DNA of 64,000 nucleotides from Macrostomum hystrix (lineage: Eukaryota > Animalia > Platyhelminthes): NCBI GenBank assembly GCA_950097015.1, contig CATNEN010000033.1, positions 5,146,001 through 5,210,000 of the forward strand, in the 5' to 3' direction. Below, one piece after another: positions 60,276 through 64,000 of the stretch (its first letter is position 1; the number at the start of each line of letters is the position of its first letter). Below the pieces are notes generated by a model. It was not told where the DNA came from. It did no database searches and saw only the letters and a list, made by a program, of their open reading frames with translations. A program made the position numbers and the translations under genes.

Positions 60276-61826
60276 AATGCGGTCGCACTCAGCTGCTTCA
60301 GCTGGAACAGAATTACTATGCTGGCTAATTTCTTTTTTAGTTTGTTCGGAATGGGCTCTGAAAAATTAGATTCATTTCGGTTCTTTCCTTTTACCTCAGT
60401 GCGCGTGAGTGGGGCTTAAGACCTGCTCGGAGGTTCTCATTGCTGTGTTCGGATTGTCTTATTGTCCCCACTTTGTGACCTTCACCCCCCCTATTTCAGT
60501 TGTCACTGGTCAGTATAGCAACAGAGATGAGCTCATATTTCATTTTTAGTGTGTATATATAAGTATCTAACTGTAATTTTATTTATTGATTAATATTTGT
60601 GAGTAATTTCTCAATTGCGCTGTGTGCAATTACCCATTTAATTCAGAACAGTTTTGTTAGATCTTTATCAGAATTCACCTGGGACTTTAAAGTCTAAGAA
60701 AATGACAGCCATGCAAATGATTAGCTGTAAAATTGGGATAAACAGCCCAATAATGCTGTTCTTGTTGTTCTTGGTTACTGGCTGGTTACCTTCATCCACC
60801 TAGGAATATGTAGATTTGTTATGGCACAGCATGCAGTGTAACCTGAGATTCTAACTAATACAAGCATTCCATGCTTCGTGCATCTATTTTTGTCATCTAT
60901 TATTCTCCGTGCCCGTAACAGCTACTTCTAGTAGTAGTTCACGCACTCATTTTTCGATTTGATTGAATTCCGAACACTGCTTTTTTGCAAGGCCGCTTCC
61001 CCCCCTATTAACTACTGGATTTTTATTTCCCTACTCAAGCTCCGCCATGCTTTGTACAGTGCTTAGGCGATGATTATTTTATTTCGGAACTTTTTGTACT
61101 TTTATTTTTTTCAAGCTAGCGATCAGTCGATTTGTCGCACTGTTAAAGCTTGATTTCTCGGTGTTCCCTGAGAATGACTAGGTGGGTTTATTGTGGGTGC
61201 AGGCGTGTTCCTATTATTCGATTATGATATTTTTCGGGTTTTCTTTGGGTCAGCCGATTCGTTTATTGTGTTTCTTGCTATTTCTGCTCGCTTTTTTAAT
61301 TTTCCTCGGCCACCCAGCCAGCCCCGCTGTGTTCGGATTCTCTCTTGCCCTGCTGCTTCCAGTTTTATCTGCGAGTGATGAATATTGGGCTATGGAAGGT
61401 AGCCAGCTTCATCTATGTCTGCTTTACGTGCTCTTTTTGGCTAGCGGCCAAGTGTGTAGGCTAGTGTGTTTATTTAAATATGAATCAGATCAATTTGAAC
61501 AGCATGTGGACAGGACTTATTAGACTGTTTGTGCTGTTTTAAATATTCGTTTTGCTTCTGCTCTGGCGCCCGAAAAAAATTAACGTAGAAAATTATTGGC
61601 TCTGTTTTCTTGCACAACAAAACAGATTCTCTGCTTTCGCTTTCTGCTAAATATCAGTTTGTGTGTATAAATTTGCGTGTTATTTGTATTCATTAATTTG
61701 GTATCTGGTTCTTATATTGTTGTCGCAAGCCAAATACATCATAGTGGTAACTTTCGCGGCAAATCGACTGCAGATTTTCATCGAGGGTTATCGATCGATC
61801 GCTTATCGAGGGTTATATGCCATATA

Positions 61827-62470
61827 ATGCTCACAGCTATTCATACCTGACAAGCCTATGCTCACAGATATTCACACCTGACAAGCCTATGCTCACAGCT
61901 ATTCACACCTGACAAGCCTATGCTCACAGATATTCACACCTGACAAGCCTATGCTCACAGCTATTCACACCTGACAAGCCTATGCTCACAGATATTCACA
62001 CCTGACAAGCCTATGCTCACAGCTATTTACACCTGACAAGCCTATGCTCACAGATATTCACACCTGACAAGCCTATGCTCACAGCTATTCACACCTGACA
62101 AGCCTATGCTCACAGATATTCACACCTGACAAGCCTATGCTCACAGCTATTCACACCTGACAAGCCTATGCTCACAGATATTCACACCTGACAAGCCTAT
62201 GCTCACAGATATTCACACCTGACAAGCCTATGCTCACAGCTATTCACACCTGACAAGCCTATGCTCACAGATATTCACACCTGACAAGCCTATGCTCACA
62301 GATATTCACGCCTGACAAGCCTATGCTCACAGATATTCACACCTGACAAGCCTATGCTCACAGATATTCACGCCTGACAAGCCTATGCTCACAGATATTC
62401 ACGCCTGACAAGCCTATGCTCACAGATATTCACGCCTGACAAGCCTATGCTTAGAAGATATTCACAGCTG
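61827..62470. repeat. 31-bp minisatellite (ATGCTCACAGMTATTCACACCTGACAAGCCT), about 20 copies
   Basis: Direct tandem copies ending about 40 nt before the SSB-like acceptor. Confidence 0.96.
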
Positions 62471-62511
62471 ACAGTCTGAGGCTCACATCTCTATTAAAAA
62501 CTTTTTTTCAG

Positions 62512-63351
62512 GCGCCTCTTCGCTTTCTCTCTGCGGCCGTCGCCAGTTTCAGCCGCCTCGGTGGCTCCGCCGGCTTCCTTCAGCGCGGGCCTAGGACCGT
62601 CGCCTCATTCAGTTCCGCAGCCGCCGACGAAAGCTACCAACCTGACGGTCAGCAGCAACAGAAGAACACTCGCCGAGTAGCCTTGGACTTCAATGAAGTT
62701 CGCCTAGTCGGTCGAGTCAACAAGGTGCTAGACCTCAGCGCATCCTGGGCCACCTTTCTGCTGTCTACAGAGAGGCGGCTGCGAACCAGAGCTCCGGACG
62801 GGCAGCAGCAGGAGGAGCAGCAGCAGCAGCCTGCTGTGCGTATCGAGCGTGCAGTTCATTTAGTAACCGGGCCCATCGTCAGCGCCAATGAAAGCAGCGA
62901 GTCTGCCGACGCCTCCCAGTATCTGTATCCGGGTAGCCGGCTTGAAGTGGTTGGCCAGCTGGCCTACCGCCCGCTCCGCCGACGTTCGGCCAGCGTAGAA
63001 GCCGCTGAATCCGACGCCGCCGATGATGCCGAGACCAGCCAAGCTGACGGCCCGGTGGCCTTGAAGTTCGAGCCAATCATTCGCATCGCCCGGCTGGTTC
63101 CCCTGGCTCTGACTGACCGCGCCGGCGGCAGGGTCGACGCCTCGTCCGCTCAGTTCGATGCTCAACAGCGCCGGCCGCAGCGTCGGCAACGTCGACAATT
63201 TGAAGACGACAACGTCCGAGGTAACAATCAGGTTGAGGAAGTCAGTCAGGCCGATGACGGCTGGGCCGACGAGAGTCCCAGCGTCAGGCGCCCAGGCGGC
63301 AGGCGGGGCGCCCCGCAGTCGGACTCCTGGGGTGACAGCAAGGACTTATAA
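62512..63351 (+). CDS. Divergent mitochondrial single-stranded DNA-binding protein (SSB OB-fold)-like; no in-frame ATG in the visible exon
   Basis: Frame open from acceptor TTTTTTCAG (62511). N-terminus APLRFLSAAVASFSRLGG...QRGPRTVASFSS looks like a mitochondrial presequence. FNEVRLVGRV, ATFLLST, ASQYLYPGSRLEVVGQLAY and IIRIARLVPL align by eye to SSB strands (compare LNRVHLLGRV, TIFSLAT, AYQYVKKGSRIYLEGKIDY). Confidence 0.72.
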   Translation, partial: APLRFLSAAVASFSRLGGSAGFLQRGPRTVASFSSAAADESYQPDGQQQQKNTRRVALDFNEVRLVGRVNKVLDLSASWATFLLSTERRLRTRAPDGQQQEEQQQQPAVRIERAVHLVTGPIVSANESSESADASQYLYPGSRLEVVGQLAYRPLRRRSASVEAAESDAADDAETSQADGPVALKFEPIIRIARLVPLALTDRAGGRVDASSAQFDAQQRRPQRRQRRQFEDDNVRGNNQVEEVSQADDGWADESPSVRRPGGRRGAPQSDSWGDSKDL

Positions 63352-63841
63352 ATATGAGGCTTTGCATTTGATTCTGCAGCTTCTCTCACTGCCCCATCTA
63401 GCTGATGTGGCCTTGTTTGAATGAGTGTCTATATCTGAGCCACGGCCTGTTTTACCTGGAAAGTAGACACTATCGATACTATTACTGTTTACCAGTTAGG
63501 CCGCTAGAACTGTCACTCCATCATATGCTAGCTAATACCAGTTGTTAGTATTTAAAATATTTTTTGTTAGCACAAATTGTTAAGAACCTTTGTTCTTGGT
63601 GGCGTGTAAGAAGCTGTTTCTGAAAACAAAGTCTTTTTAATTTTGCTACTAATTTTATTGTTTTTTACGGCTTTTTTTATTTGTTTTGAATTATTTAATT
63701 GATTGAAGCTAAAGATTAAACTTGTTTATAGTAGATTAAGCCCAAGAGACTAAAAATTAACTAGCAGCACATTTACTTTACTTCCCTACTTTCAGTAGAC
63801 AGACGCATCGCGTCGTACAAAAAAGAATTTAACAATCAGAC

Positions 63842-64000
63842 ATGCTCTCGACGGCTAGCAATGCAATTGCGCGTCGGCTTCTGCAGCAGCAGCAGCAGCT
63901 GGTGCCGCTCTGGTCGGCCAGCTTGTACACCTGGAATGGAAGGAATACCAACAATGACTCGAACTGGCAGCGATCCGGCGCCGGTGATTCAACTGGCCAG
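63842..64000 (+). CDS. N-terminus of an unidentified protein running off the window; presequence-like start
   Basis: ATG at 63842 after acceptor CTACTTTCAG (63795). MLSTASNAIARRLLQQQQQLVPLW... stays open to the window end with GC-rich codons like neighbouring exons. Confidence 0.5.
   Translation, partial: MLSTASNAIARRLLQQQQQLVPLWSASLYTWNGRNTNNDSNWQRSGAGDSTGQ

Noticed and set aside
61182-61523. Hydrophobic 113-aa ORF downstream of MFSD14
   Set aside because: T-rich UTR or intergenic composition explains the hydrophobicity; GTG start and no motif.
35294-62470. CRISPR-like appearance of approx. 29-34 bp repeats
   Set aside because: The units are directly adjacent with no unique spacers, there are no cas genes, and the context is eukaryotic and intronic.
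1-64000. tRNA, rRNA, snRNA or SL RNA genes
   Set aside because: No cloverleaf, rRNA-like block or leader-plus-Sm-site arrangement was recognised by eye; a covariance-model scan would be needed to exclude them.

Overview
Eukaryotic (metazoan) genomic DNA with GT-AG introns, GC-rich low-complexity exons and minisatellite-filled introns. The style resembles a free-living flatworm such as Macrostomum, which is an inference and not provable from this window. 1-13.4 kb is a 24-bp pyrimidine-rich satellite with higher-order structure (about 1.3-1.6 kb units and a 6702-bp duplication). 14.8-16.0 kb holds a minus-strand GCM transcription factor with a frameshift inside the DNA-binding domain. 19-25.5 kb is a transposon cluster: a degenerate intron-containing DDE-type transposase, an internally deleted Helitron with both ends intact, and a hAT MITE with an 8-bp TSD nested inside it. 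Host genes follow: zyg11 (+), a DEG/ENaC channel (-), then a co-oriented + strand run of PSME3IP1/FAM192A, LZTR1, MFSD14/HIAT1, a divergent mitochondrial SSB-like gene and the start of one more ORF. Most interesting leads: (i) the SSB-like reading frame has no in-frame ATG and opens in frame right after a splice acceptor, as expected if a flatworm spliced-leader AUG supplies the start codon; (ii) a possible trans-spliced operon-like run; (iii) a 9-nt candidate microexon; (iv) the GCM frameshift; (v) unrelated minisatellites clustering near 32 bp, several carrying consensus splice signals. Exon boundaries and repeat counts were read by eye; no searches were run.
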